A stretch of DNA of 64,000 nucleotides from Chrysomallon squamiferum (GCA_012295275.1 CM022677.1:15810001-15874000); one strand, 5' to 3'; positions 1 to 14,005 are shown, counted from the first letter of the stretch. Numbers and translations are program-made. The notes: generated from the sequence alone by a model not told the origin.

Positions 1-35
1 TGACAACTCTTGTCCAATGTCAGTAATGTACTAAA

Positions 36-1081
36 CTGAACAAGGAGCAGCTCAAGTCTCCAGTAGAGTTGAAGTATTTGGTGCTGTCCAGCAGGTATTT
101 AATTACATTATTCATTATAAACCTTTCCATTTTATTTCAGTTTTAAATAATTCTATGCAAAATATTTTCTCTTATACTGAATTAAACCATGCATTTGAAA
201 AGATAATACCTTTGTATTTTTGTAAAATGATGCACTGAAAATGAATAGAATCAATGTAATAATTTGCAGGACAGCCTAATAGAGTAGTGAGCAGAACATT
301 TGTTCAAATTTGTAATTTGATGTTATTAATATCTCATTCTAATCTGAAATCCATACATGTAATACTTTACGTGGGCTAAAGATATTTACATTATTTTGAA
401 ATTTATTAGACGGATGGAATTTTGGTGGATTTGAAAGGTTGTAATTTGAAAGATGCATAAATTGGCTTGAAAGATTTAGCTTCTTTTGTTATTTTGTCAT
501 ATGCATGTTTAATGTTTTCTTTGTTTTAAATACATTTTAAAAATACCACTGTGATTCATTATTGAACTGTTAGCTGAATGCTAGGATAATTTATAAGACA
601 AAATATATTTCATTAATGGCAAAATTTAAATTACATTAAAGTGGCAGGAAAGAATATTACAATTAAATGTTTTAATTAATCAAATAATTTGTTATTAAGA
701 ATTGTTAAAGGTTACTTACTGTCTAATACAATAGCTGTATAGGTTAAAAATGTTTACTTAATATTCCTGACAGTCTTCTTAAACTGGTCTAAAAGTCTAA
801 AACACAGTGTAAATATCAAATTTTACCAAGTTACAGAAGTATTCAAATATATTAAAACATATTTTCATAATCTCTTTTATTGATGTATTGCTATTTTAAT
901 CCTTTTATATAAAAGTTAAATGTACATGGAAAAAATAAAAAAATGTGGATTAAAACTTTTCTTGCTAAGAGAGTGAACTGCAGTTAGAGCTGACAACAAA
1001 AATACTACTTTTATGATTAGTTTATTAATGAATATCATATTTTGTTGTAGGATCCTAGACAACAGATTCAAGCTGCCTTAG
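36..1081 (+). pseudogene. 3' two exons (36-94, 1051-1081) of a paralog of the minus-strand gene ending at 3710; reads LNKEQLKSPVELKYLVLSSR|ILDNRFKLP*
   Basis: Donor CAG|GTATTT at 94/95, acceptor TTGTAG| at 1050, TAG at 1079-1081. Reverse-complement match to exons 6005-5875 and 3740-3710. Upstream in-frame stop at 24-26. Confidence 0.7.
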
Positions 1082-1459
1082 CCAGCACTTCAGTTGAAAA
1101 TGATGTAAGACCCATTTTCAGGAGAGGTTCACTAAAGCACCAGAATGCTATTACATCACAGTCTTCCCTGTCCAGAGAAAGCTCAAGACTTTCAAGAGAA
1201 AATCTGTCTGAAATGTAATTTGAATTTTGATAACTCAGTGATCTTCAAGAAACTACATTGTCAATGTGATCAGAACATCCAGTGTACACATTGTACTTCA
1301 TAGCAGCTTGCACTGTTTTTATCATTGATCTGTGCTTGGTTATTCTAATTTTTCTCACTGAAAGAGGAATGGAGATTCATCACTGCTATGGAATGCCATC
1401 TTTGTAAATCAGCTAAAATTAATGTTATAGTGCATAGAGGTGTTAGTATTTTTATATTA

Positions 1460-1546
1460 TTTAAATCAGGGGAAAATGAAGGGTTTGCTGGCAGGGTATC
1501 AGTGTGTAAATATATTTAAAATTTTGTAATTAAGGGTTTGATTATA

Positions 1547-1588
<42 letters not shown>

Positions 1589-2140
1589 TTATTTTATGTT
1601 TTTATTTTATATATTATTTAAATTGGTGGAAAATCAAGGGTTTGCTGAGGGTAATCAATGTAAATATAATTGAAGATTGTCTAATTAGGGGTAGTCAGAA
1701 TTTTTTTTTTTTAAAAACCAATCAAACAAAAAGAAACAATTTAATTTCTTTATATTATTTAAATCGGGGAAAATCAACGTTTTGCTGGGGATAATCAACG
1801 TAAATTGAAAATTATGTAATTAGGGTAATTAGAATTCTTTTATAAAAAACCAACATAACTTTATTTTCTTATTTAAATCCGGGGAAAATCAAGGGTTTGC
1901 TGGAGGTATATAATTGAAGATTATGTAATTAGGGGTAATTAGAATTTTTTAATAAAAGAACAACAACATTATTATTTTTTATTTACTATTTAAATCAGGG
2001 GATTTAAATCAAGGGTTTGCTAGGGGTAAACAATGTAAATATTATTGAAGATTATGTAATTAGGGATAATTAGAATTTTTTATAAAAGAACAAAAATCAA
2101 AAATAACTTTTTGTTTTCCGTATCATATTTAAATCAGGTT
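1460..2140 (+). repeat. Tandem minisatellite, ~115-155 bp unit (ATTTAAATCAGGGGAAAATCAAGGGTTTGCTGGGG...ATGTAATTAGGGGTAATTAGAATTTT), 5 copies plus a partial one
   Basis: Unit starts visible near 1460, 1617, 1757, 1870, 1988 and 2127. Confidence 0.9.
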
Positions 2141-2396
2141 AAATCAGGTTAAAAAACAGAACAATGATATAAAAATAGAATAAAAAACAAAATTATTAAT
2201 TGGATTATTTTAATGATTATTTTTATATTTTTGTCTTGATTTTATATTAATGCTATTAACATTAAAAGATGTTTGAAAATAGCTGAAATTAATCAGATTA
2301 AAAAATAATTTTAACACTGTTAAAACCAAGTATTTTTTAAAACAGATTTGCAGTAATTTTTATTTGAAAGAAAATGAAAATGAAATTATGTATATC

Positions 2397-2430
<34 letters not shown>

Positions 2431-3344
2431 TTTATAAAATTTAAAATTTAATTTGCTTGATTATGGCTTCATTAAGACAGTCTATGACATCAAATAAAAG
2501 TGAAATGAGTTCATGAAATGGGTTCCTAAAGGCATATATCACTATAATTTATTACTGGAATGCATTGTTACAAAAGTGGGGTTTAGTTTTGTCTTAAAAT
2601 GCTATAGTAATTATATTTGCTGTTTAATAAACTTCAGTTTGATTAGTAACATCATGCAAAGTGATCATTACTTTTACTTCAGGTAAATAACTTTAAAATG
2701 TTTGTAAATATACAAAAAAGACTGAGTGTGGGGGAGGAAAGAGAGAGAGAGAGAGAGAGAGCTATAAATGTTTACATAACTCAAATAAGAAGTATATATA
2801 TAAATAATGATTATGTCAGATTATCTTTTGCTAGTTGACAACAAATGCAGAAGATGTTGATCAATATATACATAATAAAAATAAAAACATACAAAGACTA
2901 TGCTTTGTTTTTTTTATTATTTTTTTTTAAATTATTTGAATGTGCCTTAGAAATTTCTGAAATATTTTCCATTTTCATTATTGTTTTTAAATAAGATGCA
3001 ATGTGTTTCATTTTGTAAATGTCAGGGTTTAACAACAGTTAAGGACAAATGATTTTTTTATTAAAAACTCCAAACATTGCTAAAATTATTTAAAGTACTG
3101 AATTTGTACAATCTCTCTTAGAATAAAATGGGAAAGGCAAATTATAAAAACTCGCAATAATGTCTAAACAGAAATAACTGAATATTTAAGTTTTATTATC
3201 TAGCCAGGTTTTTAAGTAATTTCAACACTTGAAGATCATCATGTTTCTTCTAATTAAAAATAACAAAGTCATGGTTAATGCAAATAAAATTTTAATTTAG
3301 TTAACAGGTTACATTAGAAATATATTATTATTATTTTATTTTTT

Positions 3345-3665
3345 TTATCAAAACAGTTCTAATTAACTCTAATTACATAATACTCAATTATATTTACACT
3401 GATTACCCCTGATTTAAATAAAATAAAGAAACAAAATAGATTTCTTTTCTCTATTCTGTAAAAAATTCTTATTTTACTAATTACACAATTTATGAAATAT
3501 GTACACAATGATTACCCCCAGCAAACCACTGCTTTTCCCTGGTTTAAATAATCTAAATAAAACAGTTTTTTCTTCTTTTTTTTCTGTCTTTTTTTTAATT
3601 AAAAAATTCGAATTACCCCTAATTACATAATTACCCCAACCCTTGATTTTCCCCTGATTTAAATA
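3345..3665 (-). repeat. Inverted copies (~3) of the 1460-2140 minisatellite
   Basis: CCCCTAATTACATAA, ACCCTTGATTTTCCCCTGATTTAAAT and CCCCCAGCAAACC are reverse complements of the unit. Confidence 0.85.
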
Positions 3666-4189
3666 TATAAAAAAGATGGGACATACAGCATTTTTGACTG
3701 AAGTACTGTCTAAGGCAGCTTGAATCTGTTGTCTAGGATCCTACAACAAAATATAATATTCATTAATAAACTAAACATAAAATAAAGTGCAAGTACTATT
3801 TTTCTTGTCAGCTCTAACTGTATTTCACTGTGCTAGCAAGAATTTTAGTCCACATTTTTATTTTTTCCATGCAATTTTAATAATAAAAATATGTTTTTAT
3901 TTTTTTTTATATTTTCTTAATTTGAAACAGTTAAATATTATTCTTTAACTTTGCTATAAAAGGATTAAAAGAGCAATACATATGTAAGAGACCACAAAAA
4001 TATGTTTTAATATATTTGAAAACTTCTATTAACTTGCTAAAATTTGATATTTACACTATTTCAGTCTTTTAGTCCAGTTTACAATGACTGCCAGGAATAT
4101 TAAATAAATAAACATTTTAAGCCTATACAGCTATTACATTAGACAGAGTGAAAATGGTCTTCTGAAGATTCAATCAATAATGAGAGCTG

Positions 4190-5120
4190 CCCTGCTATTC
4201 TGAAATGATGATTTGTGGCAGCTCTTTGTTGTTGAAACTAATATAACATATCAGAGAAGAAAACCCCTCACATTAGCATGCAAAATCGTTTAGTTCACTA
4301 ACAGAGGTAAAAACATTTTTTGGCTTCAAGTAGTGATGTAAATGCTTATTCACAAGGACTGCTATGAACAATACTGGTGAGATAAGAAACATTTTCTTAC
4401 AAATCACACCTGGATTTGCACAGATTTTTACAAGAGATAGATTTTTTAGCAATATAGTCTATGCTACATAGTGTAAATGAATTAAACCCAGAGCTAGAAA
4501 AATCTGATACAATTTACAAATCAAGCCTCATGTTCAATCACTTTTTGGAAAAATTCAGGCTGCATTATATACCAAGAAGCAATCTGTCACTTGACTAGGG
4601 AATGATTCCGATATAAAACTCCCTCTCTATAAAACGGTATATCAAAGATAAACTGATAAAGTGTGATATCAAAACCTTCCTACTTTGTGACAGTGAGAAT
4701 GGCTATATTTCAAATACAGAAGTATATACAGGTCACAGTCATGATGCTGAAACTGTTGAAAATCTTGGTATGACTGGAAACCTTGTTGTTGGAACAGTTT
4801 TGTGACCAGCATTACTGTAGTGTATACACTAGTGTATATTTGTGTGAGTTTTTGCTGGAAAAGAGAGGAATCTGCCTAATGGGCACTGCACTTACCAATC
4901 ACAAACATTTTTCAAAAAAACTGATCAAATCAAAATTTCAAATCAGAAGGACGCAGTTTGAACTGTTGTTCAATAGAACTGTAGCAGGAATTGTTTGTAT
5001 GACAAAAAGCCCATTTATTTTGTAACTTCTGCATTTATAGCCCACCCACACCCAGTACATGTACAAAGATATGATAGTAAAGAGCACAGAAGAAAAACTC
5101 TGCCATGAACTTGTAGGCAG
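4190..5120 (+). mobile_element. Fossil piggyBac (PGBD4-like, DDE_Tnp_1_7) transposase
   Basis: Broken frames give DDLWQLFVVETN, TPGFAQIFTRDRFLAI, YIPRSNLSLD*GMIP, YIKDKLIKCDIKTFLLCDSENGYISNTEVYTG and YTSVYLCEFLLEKRGICLMGTALTNHKHF, all piggyBac DDD-domain motifs. Many stops and frameshifts; no TIR or TTAA ends recognised. Confidence 0.9.
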
Positions 5121-6510
5121 TTATCGCCGTCTCTTACCAGTGAAAGTGCGTCTGTACACAGACAAACACCTCCAAGATTACAGACCTCTCAAGCTCAAAA
5201 TCCTAGTGCTGCCTATAAGGACTTTCTCAAAAAGTCAAAAAACTGTTTTTAGGTAACTTAGAAAACGTATACAAGATAAATATATGAGACATCCAAATAT
5301 AATTTCATGTAATAATTTGTTTAACAGCAAAAATATATTTGTATTAAAAAAGCTGTGTCTGTTAATAAGAAATATATGTGAGAGAGTATGTCCTCCACGT
5401 TAAACTTCTATACATGTGCATTTTGATTTTGTTATTATATAGCTGTAACACATACTTCTTTGTACTGTAATCTACAGTTTATGAGAATAAAGTTATTGTC
5501 ATTGTACAACTGAGTCTCATCTCCTATAAAAACACACATTATATTTGTCCAAACTTTTATTTGTAGAATTCCCTGGTTATTAATTATTACTCCTTTTTTT
5601 ATTTATAAATAAATACATAAATAAATAAAATTAATAAAGTAAAAAGACACAGAAAAGTAAAAAGAACCTTAAAATCACAGTGTGATCTGTTATTTTTATA
5701 ATTGCTGTGTCATTTCATGAGTTGTCTTAATAATTATTCCTTATTGTATTATATTTTCATGTAGGCTGTTCAATTAAGAGAAAATATTTTGCATAGAATC
5801 TTGTGAAAGACTGAAGAAATATTTTAAACTGAAATGAAATGGAAAGGTTTATAATTAATAATGTATTTAAATACCTGCTGGACAGCACCAAATACTTCAA
5901 CTCTACTGGAGACTCGAGCAGCTCTTTGTTCCACAATGTCAATTCAGCTTTGAATTTATCAACAATTTCTTGAATATTTTTGTCCTTAACAAGCTGATTT
6001 AACTTCTGAAAATATACAGTTTAAATCCAGTTTAGTATATTGGTTTCTTCAGTTCCTATAAATACATGATGAAAGATCTGAATGTCATTCAGTAAATACT
6101 AACATTTCCTTGTTATAAAACAATTCAACTAATTAAGTCAGCATGAATAAATATAATTATATTAAACTAAACATTGAAATATAACCATTTTTAAATATTT
6201 TGTTTTGTATTCTAATGATATTTAATGATGCAGTTACCAATTCAAATTATTTACTGAAAGAAAATCTAAAGCTAGACAGATAACAAATATGTCTAAAATA
6301 AAGTAGTATTTTTCATTCAGAAACACTTTCAATGAAATTAACATAGATCTGTTTTTGTTTATGAACTGATTTCACACATACCTCAACATCATTCCTTAAA
6401 CCATGTAGTCAAATGTTTGGGAGTTAAAAACGAAACTGTTTTGATTACTCCTAGTACAAATATAAGCTAAAAAGAAATAAAACAATGCTAATTCAAATAT
6501 ACTAAGTCAC

Positions 6511-6776
6511 CTGCTGCTCAATTTCCAGGCTTTTGCCTTTGCCACTGTCATGCACAGTGTCTTTCTTTGTCTGGTTTTTAGTACATTCAAGTTCTTCAAA
6601 TTTTTTCTCCCTGATATTTGACTGTTGAGATTGGTGACCTGGTGTAAGACTCTCCAACTTAAGAATTGTTGAAGTCTGACGTGGTCGGCTTCAATGTCCA
6701 GATCAACAAAATTGAGCTCTTCATCGGCAGAACTTTCAACAACTCTGAATCAGAGTCACATTGGTGGGTGCACTGC
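6511..6776 (-). pseudogene. CAMSAP: CAMSAP/Patronin-derived exon, internally deleted
   Basis: Nucleotide homolog of 29130-29390 (GCCGACCAyGT...AAGTTG.AGAG..TTA.ACCAGGT.ACCAAT.TCAACAGTC). Its 3' end HDSGKGKSLEIEQQ|GTGA matches HDCDKDNSKEVEQQ-VMS at ~8230-8180. Frameshifted. Confidence 0.7.
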
Positions 6777-7563
6777 CTAGTTTGAGTAAATAAATAAATA
6801 AATAAAATACAGTAAAAAATATAAAATAAATAAAACACTGCTACTACTACATTTACTGCAACACTACATGCCACTTTTATTACCATAATTACTATAACTA
6901 ATATTTACTATTATTCCTTATTCAACTAGGGTTACTGTTACTGAAATAATACTCCTATTACTAAAATTACTACATATTAATAATAAAAGTGATATTGTTT
7001 AATATCTTCACTATTAGTTCTATGCCTGTATTTCTTTAGACTAATATTATTATAATTACTACAACACCAACTATGACTACTGTTATTACTACTAACACTG
7101 CTGTTACATTACTCTTCTTGTTACATTTATCATAATATTTTCATTAAAAACAACTACTGTTAGTACTGCTACTACTAGTACTACCACCACCACTACAACC
7201 AGTAATCTGACTACCAGTTTTTTTTAATCACATGAGTCTCACAAGATACATTATATTACAAAGCTATGAAGACAACATCATCAACTAAAACATCAGCAGG
7301 AACAGTTTTGCAACATTACTACAAGTAGTGTAATTATTAACGCTACAACTACTAATGATGTAACAACTACATTACTACAACAATAGCAGTGACTAACACT
7401 ACTACTATAACAACAACCTCTATAGATGCTCCTGTTCTGCTATATTCTTTGATGACATTTCTCTCCTGTGGCAATCTCATATAATTAGCTCTTCTTGTGT
7501 ACAGAGCAGTTTTTGAAAAACAAGTTTTATATTTATTTACCTTTGTAGTTATATCTGTGTCTC

Positions 7564-7612
<49 letters not shown>

Positions 7613-7846
7613 TTTAGAATACTGAGAAATATATAAGAAATTCACCACTTCATTTTTTCTTTTCCAGTGGAGCACAACAAACTTTATCCTCAGTGCTGGA
7701 CATACAAATAAAATAATTAACTGTTATAAATAAATAACTAACGGGCAATAATTTAAATAATTAACAAAACAATAGTAAATAAATGATTATTATTAAGCTA
7801 TTTTACACATACACACACACACGTATAAACTAATAAAAGAACATAC

Positions 7847-8321
7847 CCTGCCACTGTTTAGAGTTTTCTGAAAACATTCTAACACAGGCCTGACACATCA
7901 CTTGACACCAGACTGTTGATTCACATTATCAACAGTCTTTTGTATCCCTTCTCTGCAAAATGGCCTGGATTTTTATGATGCTGAAGTAGGGGACAGGGAC
8001 CTGGGTGCATTGATCCACTCTGAATCAGGCACAGGACTGTCGATATGGCGAGACATCACTCTCATGAATGTTGCCTTCCTGAGTCTGTCTCATCTTGACT
8101 GCTGCAGCTACAGCCTCTGTTTTCTTCTCTCTTTTTTCTTAATCTTCATCTTCAGCTTCATTTTCAGAACAGTAAGCTCAGACATCACCTGCTGCTCAAC
8201 TTCCTTGCTGTTGTCTTTGTCACAGTCATGCAGAGCCATCACAGTCATCTGCCAAGTGATTTTGTTTGGAAGCATAGCAGACGAAGTCTTTTTACCAATA
8301 TCAGCTTGTTTCAATTGAAAT
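7847..8321 (-). pseudogene. CAMSAP: CAMSAP/Patronin coiled-coil 1 (CAMSAP_CC1) exon fragment
   Basis: VMSELTVLKMKLKMKIKKKERRKQRL*LQQSKMRQ/RLRKATFMRVMS resembles CAMSAP CC1 (LASELVQLHMQLEEKRRAIEAQKKKMEALSARQRLKLGKAAFLHVV, recalled). Stops and a frameshift; donor GTATGT at 7846. Confidence 0.8.
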
Positions 8322-8324
8322 CTG

Positions 8325-10734
8325 CAATTTTCAGTATTGCTCACACACACACACACACATTATTCTCAGAGTAGCACTTATCACTATTGCTGATACACTC
8401 AGACACACACACACACACACTATTCTCAGAGTAGCAGTTATCTGATAAACACACACACATACATACTATTATCAGAGAAGGATACACACAAACACAGTAT
8501 TATCAGTGTAGAAATTATCACTATTGCTGATACAACTCATAAACACACATGCACACACATACTATTACCAGGGTAGCAATTATCAATATTGATGAAAACA
8601 CACATACACACATACACACACTATTATCAGAGAAACAATCATCACTACTGCTGACACAAACACACACACACACTATCAGAGTAGCAATTATCACTATTGC
8701 TGATACTCACTCACATTATTTTCAGAGTAGCAATTATCAATATTGCTAATGAACACATATACACACACACACACACACACATACTATTATCAGGGCACCA
8801 GTTATCACTATTGCTGATACACACACAAACACTATTAACAGAGTAGCAGTTATCACTATTCCTGATACATGAAGAAACACATACACACATGCACACATTA
8901 TTATCAGAGAAGTAATTTTCAGTATTGCTGACACACATTTACACACACTATCATCAGACTAGAAATTATCACTATTGATGATACACTCACAAACACACAC
9001 AGTGTAGCAGTTCACTACTGCTGATATACTCACACACACACTATTAGAGTAGAAATTATCACTAACACCCATACACACAAACATACACACTGTTCTGGTA
9101 CACTCCAACACACATACATTCACAGACACACACTATTCTCAGAGAAGAAATTTTCAGTATTGATGACACACACAGACACCCACACTAATTTCAGAGTAGC
9201 AATTATCACTATTTCTGATACTCATAAACACACACACACTGTTATCAAACTAGCAATTATCAGTATTGCTGATATACTCACACAGATATTATTATCAGAG
9301 TAGCAGTTATCACTATTGCTGATACAGACACACATTTATCAGAGAAGCAATTATCACTACTGATGATACACACACACACTACTATCAGAGTAGTAGTTAT
9401 CACTATTGCTGATACTCTCTCACACAGACACTCACAGTCACATAATATTGTCACAGTAGCAATTATCAATATTGCTGACAAAAACATAAACACACAGATA
9501 CTATTATCAGAGTAGAAATTATCAGTATTGCTGATATACTCACACACACACTATTATCAGAGAAGCAATTATCACTACTGATGATACATACACACTACTA
9601 TCAGAGTAGTAGTTATCACTATTGCTGATAAACACACACACACTATTATCAGAGTAGCAATTATCACTATTGCTGATACACACACACACACACTATTATC
9701 AGAATAGCAGTTACCACTATTGCTGATACACACACTCTATACATATTACCACCGTTTCTGACATAACACACACAAATTATCAGGTAGCAATTATCAATAT
9801 TCCTGAGTTGACAAAACACATATACTTTTATCAGGTAGCGGTTCTCACTCCTCATTATCAGAGTAGAAATTATCAGTTATCACTGTTGATATACTCAACA
9901 CACACACACACATATACCCACACTTTATCAGAGTAGCAGTTATCACTATTGCTGATGTACACACACACACACCCACACACACATCCTGTTAACATAGCTG
10001 ATTACCACTATTGCTGATACCACAAACATACACAGACATATACTATTATCAGAGTAGCAGTTACCACTATTGCTGATAAACTCAAACACACACACATACC
10101 ATTATCACTATGGGAGTTATCAGACTCAGATACACACATAAACACACATCACTACTGCTGATAATCAGTTACCACAATTATCACTATACTGATACACACA
10201 CATACACTATTATCAGAGTAGCAGTTATCACTATTGCCTGAGAAACCAGAGACACACACACACACACTATTATCAGAGTAGCTGTTCTCACTATTGCTGA
10301 TATTCTCTCAAACACACACACACACATACCATCAGAGTAGTATTATCACTATTGTTGATGCACTCATACACACAAACACACATTCTATTACCAGACACTC
10401 AAACATACACACACACAGACTATTATCAGAATAACAATTAGCAGTATTTCTGAGAAACACGCATACACTATTATCAGAGTAGAAATTATCAGTATTGGTG
10501 ATCACTCAAACACACACACATACACACTATTATCAGAGTAGCAGTTATCACTATTGCTGATATAAACACACACACTATTATCAGAGAAGCAATTTGATAT
10601 TCCTATACACTCACAAACAGTCACATACACACTCATACTATTATCACACAAGCACATCACTACTTCTCATACTAAAACATCAGACACACACACATACTAT
10701 TATCATTGTTGCAATTATCACTATTGATGATACA

Positions 10735-10777
<43 letters not shown>

Positions 10778-11409
10778 TATCAGAGTAGTAATTATCACTG
10801 TTGGTGAAACACAGACACTATTATGACTATTAAATACACTCACACACACTACAATCAGGTGGCAGTTATCACTGTTGCTGATACAAACACATACCAGAAA
10901 AACACAAACACACATACTATTATCAGTAGCAGTTATACCAGTTGCTGATAGACACACACAACACACTATTATCAGGTAGCAATTATCACAAACATACACA
11001 CACACTATTATCAGAGTAGCAGTTATCATTATTGCTGATACACACACATATACTATTATCAGAGTAGCAATTATCACTATTGCTGATACACACACTCACA
11101 CTATTATCAGAGTAGCAGTTATCGCTATTGCTGATTCACTCACACATACGCATATACTATTATCAGAGTAGTAGTTATCACTACTGCTGATAAACACTCA
11201 TACACTCAAACACACACACAAACACTATTGCTGATTTACTCATACACTATTATCAGAGTAGCAGTTTTGACTATTCCTATACACTCACAAACAGACACAC
11301 ACACACACTCATACTATTATCACTGAAGCAGTTAGCACTATTTCTCATACTAAAACGTCAAAGACACACACACATACTATTATCATTGTCGCAATTATCA
11401 CTATTGATG

Positions 11410-11454
<45 letters not shown>

Positions 11455-11675
11455 TACTATTATCAGAGTAGCAGTTATCACTATTGCTGATACACTCACA
11501 AACACAGCCACACTCACACATAATATTATCAAAGTAGCAGTTACCACTATTGCTGATATACACACACACAGATACTTACTAGTATCAGAATAACATTATT
11601 ACTTGTACACTCACACTCACTCACAGACATACACACTATAGTCAGAGTAGCTGATATCACTATTGCTGATACACT

Positions 11676-11706
<31 letters not shown>

Positions 11707-11755
11707 TATTATCAGCAATTATCTCTATTGCTGATACACACACACACACTCACTC
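8325..11755 (+). repeat. Satellite array: conserved ~36-nt core CTATTATCAGAGTAGCAGTTATCACTATTGCTGATA separated by variable (CA)n spacers, roughly 60 units, with higher-order duplications
   Basis: Core readable throughout. Higher-order copy 10595-10790 is similar to 11272-11480. Confidence 0.95.
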
Positions 11756-12778
11756 TCAGGAATATAAATATAAGTAAAGCTAAAATTACAAAAATAATTA
11801 TAAAGGGCTGAAAGACAGACTCAGAGTCAGAGAACATGAGAACAAAAGTAAAAAGGAAACAAGCAGATACATAGATACTTAATAACAAATACATAATAAT
11901 TAATACGACTACAAATACATAACAAAATATTTATATACATTAAAAATATCTACATAAAATTATTTCATAATAAAATGTTTAGTTTAATATTCTTAGCTAA
12001 ACTGTTTAACTAAATTGTCTATGTCAGACAGACAAAGATTAGGATTAAATATAGAATAATTATTCAAATATTATAAAAATTTATAAAATTTAAAAAACAA
12101 TTACCTGAAGTACAATTTCCAATGTCCACATCTTTCAAAGAAAGGAGTTTTCCATGGAAACTCAAACAGCTGGTTGGTTAAACAACTGGAGTTCAGAGTT
12201 AATTCCTGTAGAGAACTTGTGACTGATTTGGAATCTGGAATATCTGAAATAAATGAAAAACAGTGTTAACCAAACCTGATAATATCTTAACTATCAGCAG
12301 AAAAAGAAAAAAAGTTGAAAAAATATAATAATGAGAAATTTGTCAAATCTAGATAATTACAGAATGAAATACACCTGTGTGTATGTATATTTACATACAG
12401 AGAGAGAGAGAGCGAGAGAGTAATATATATATATTTTACAAATCTAAATTTACCATCAACTATAAGTGTTTGGTTGTTAACTTTTGCATCATTCAGATAA
12501 AAAACTGAATACAAGATTAAGTGATCCCAGCTGGTAATAATAATAATAATTCACACAATGTGCAGAATCTACATCATCAGAAAATAGATCTGAAATTATA
12601 GAGAAATACACATATATATTAATAAAACCAGTATAAATAAATAGATAAATAAAGAAATAAATAAGAAAGTTAATAAATTTTAAAAATATATAATGATAAA
12701 TTAAGATTCTTGAAGCTAAGGTCTGTCTCTCTTACTGTCTTTAGAGAAAGAGAAAGACAGTAAGAGAGAGAGAGTATC

Positions 12779-12817
<39 letters not shown>

Positions 12818-13069
12818 TAATAAAATGAAATGAATAATAAGAAAACCTGAGAGTTTTAACAGCTGGACTGACACAGTGAGAGAAATAATCATTTCCTAGA
12901 GAATTTACTCGACACATCCAAATATTCCTGTTTACCAACAACATTTTGATTATACAGTCCTTGAAAAAAAAAAACTTAAGTTGTGTATTAGTTTTAAAAA
13001 CTATTAACACAAATTGTTAACACTTATTTGTTATTATTAAAATGTAGTTAGTAGAAGACATCATGTTTT

Positions 13070-13740
13070 AACAGTAGTAATAGTATCAACAGCAATGGTA
13101 GTAGTTGTAGTAATAACAGCAACAGAACTAGTAACAGTGGTTGAGTAGTTGCCACAGCAGTGGTTGTAGTAGTTTTATTATTAGTAACAGTAGTAGTAGC
13201 AGCAACATTTGTAGTAGTAGTAATAGTAGTAACAGCAGCAGCAGAATTTGTAGTTGTAGTATTAATACTAATAGTAGTAACAGTGGTAAAGTACTAGTAG
13301 CAGTAATAGTGGTAATTGTAATATTAGTAGTAACAGAATTAGTAATAGTAACAGTGGTAATAGTTGTAATATTAGTAGAAACAGTACTAGTTGTAGTAGT
13401 AGTGGTAAATATTAGTAATAACCATACTAGTAGTAGTAATAGTGGTAATTGCAGCAGTAACAGTAATAGTGATAACTGTGGTAGAATTAGCTTAGGTTTT
13501 ATAGTACAAGTAGTTACAATACATAGAGGTAGTAAATAACTGCAGACATCAAAGTAGTAGTAGAGTAGAAGTAGTAGATGTAATAATAGTGGTAAAACTA
13601 ACATTTGTAGTATAAGTAACAATAGTAGAAATAGCAGTGACTGACATAGAAGTAAATAGATATATAATATTATTGGTAATAGCTTTAGTGTTGGTAGAAT
13701 AATAGTAGCAATATTAGTAGCTAACTGATAATACTGTACA
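13070..13740 (+). repeat. Degenerate (TAG/TAA/CAG)n trinucleotide low-complexity tract
   Basis: Direct inspection. Explains the spurious poly-S/V/L ORFs. Confidence 0.9.
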
Positions 13741-13941
13741 ATTACATATACTAATTACTACTACTACTACTAATAATAATAATACCAAGAACAATAATAA
13801 TAAGAAGAAGAAGAAGAAGATGAAGAACAAGAAAAGAAAATAAGATTTTTTTTCTCATAATTATATATATATAAATATAAAAATAATTTCTTGTTATTGG
13901 ATTTCAGCATTATGTAATGAATATGGAATTCTTTAAACTGG

Positions 13942-14005
<64 letters not shown>

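Noticed and set aside
1051-1218. 55-aa terminal exon DPRQQIQAAL...NLSEM*
   Set aside because: The open frame of the preceding exon in the paralog (6005-5875) and conservation ending at TAG 1081 support the ILDNRFKLP* frame instead.
8325-11755. CRISPR-like repeat-spacer array
   Set aside because: Spacers are only (CA)n microsatellite, repeats are degenerate, there are no cas genes or leader, and the context is a eukaryotic intron.
13128-13622. Long ORFs (164 and 132 aa) and the other poly-L/V/C/H/T ORFs in the track
   Set aside because: They are translations of microsatellites and satellites, not genes.
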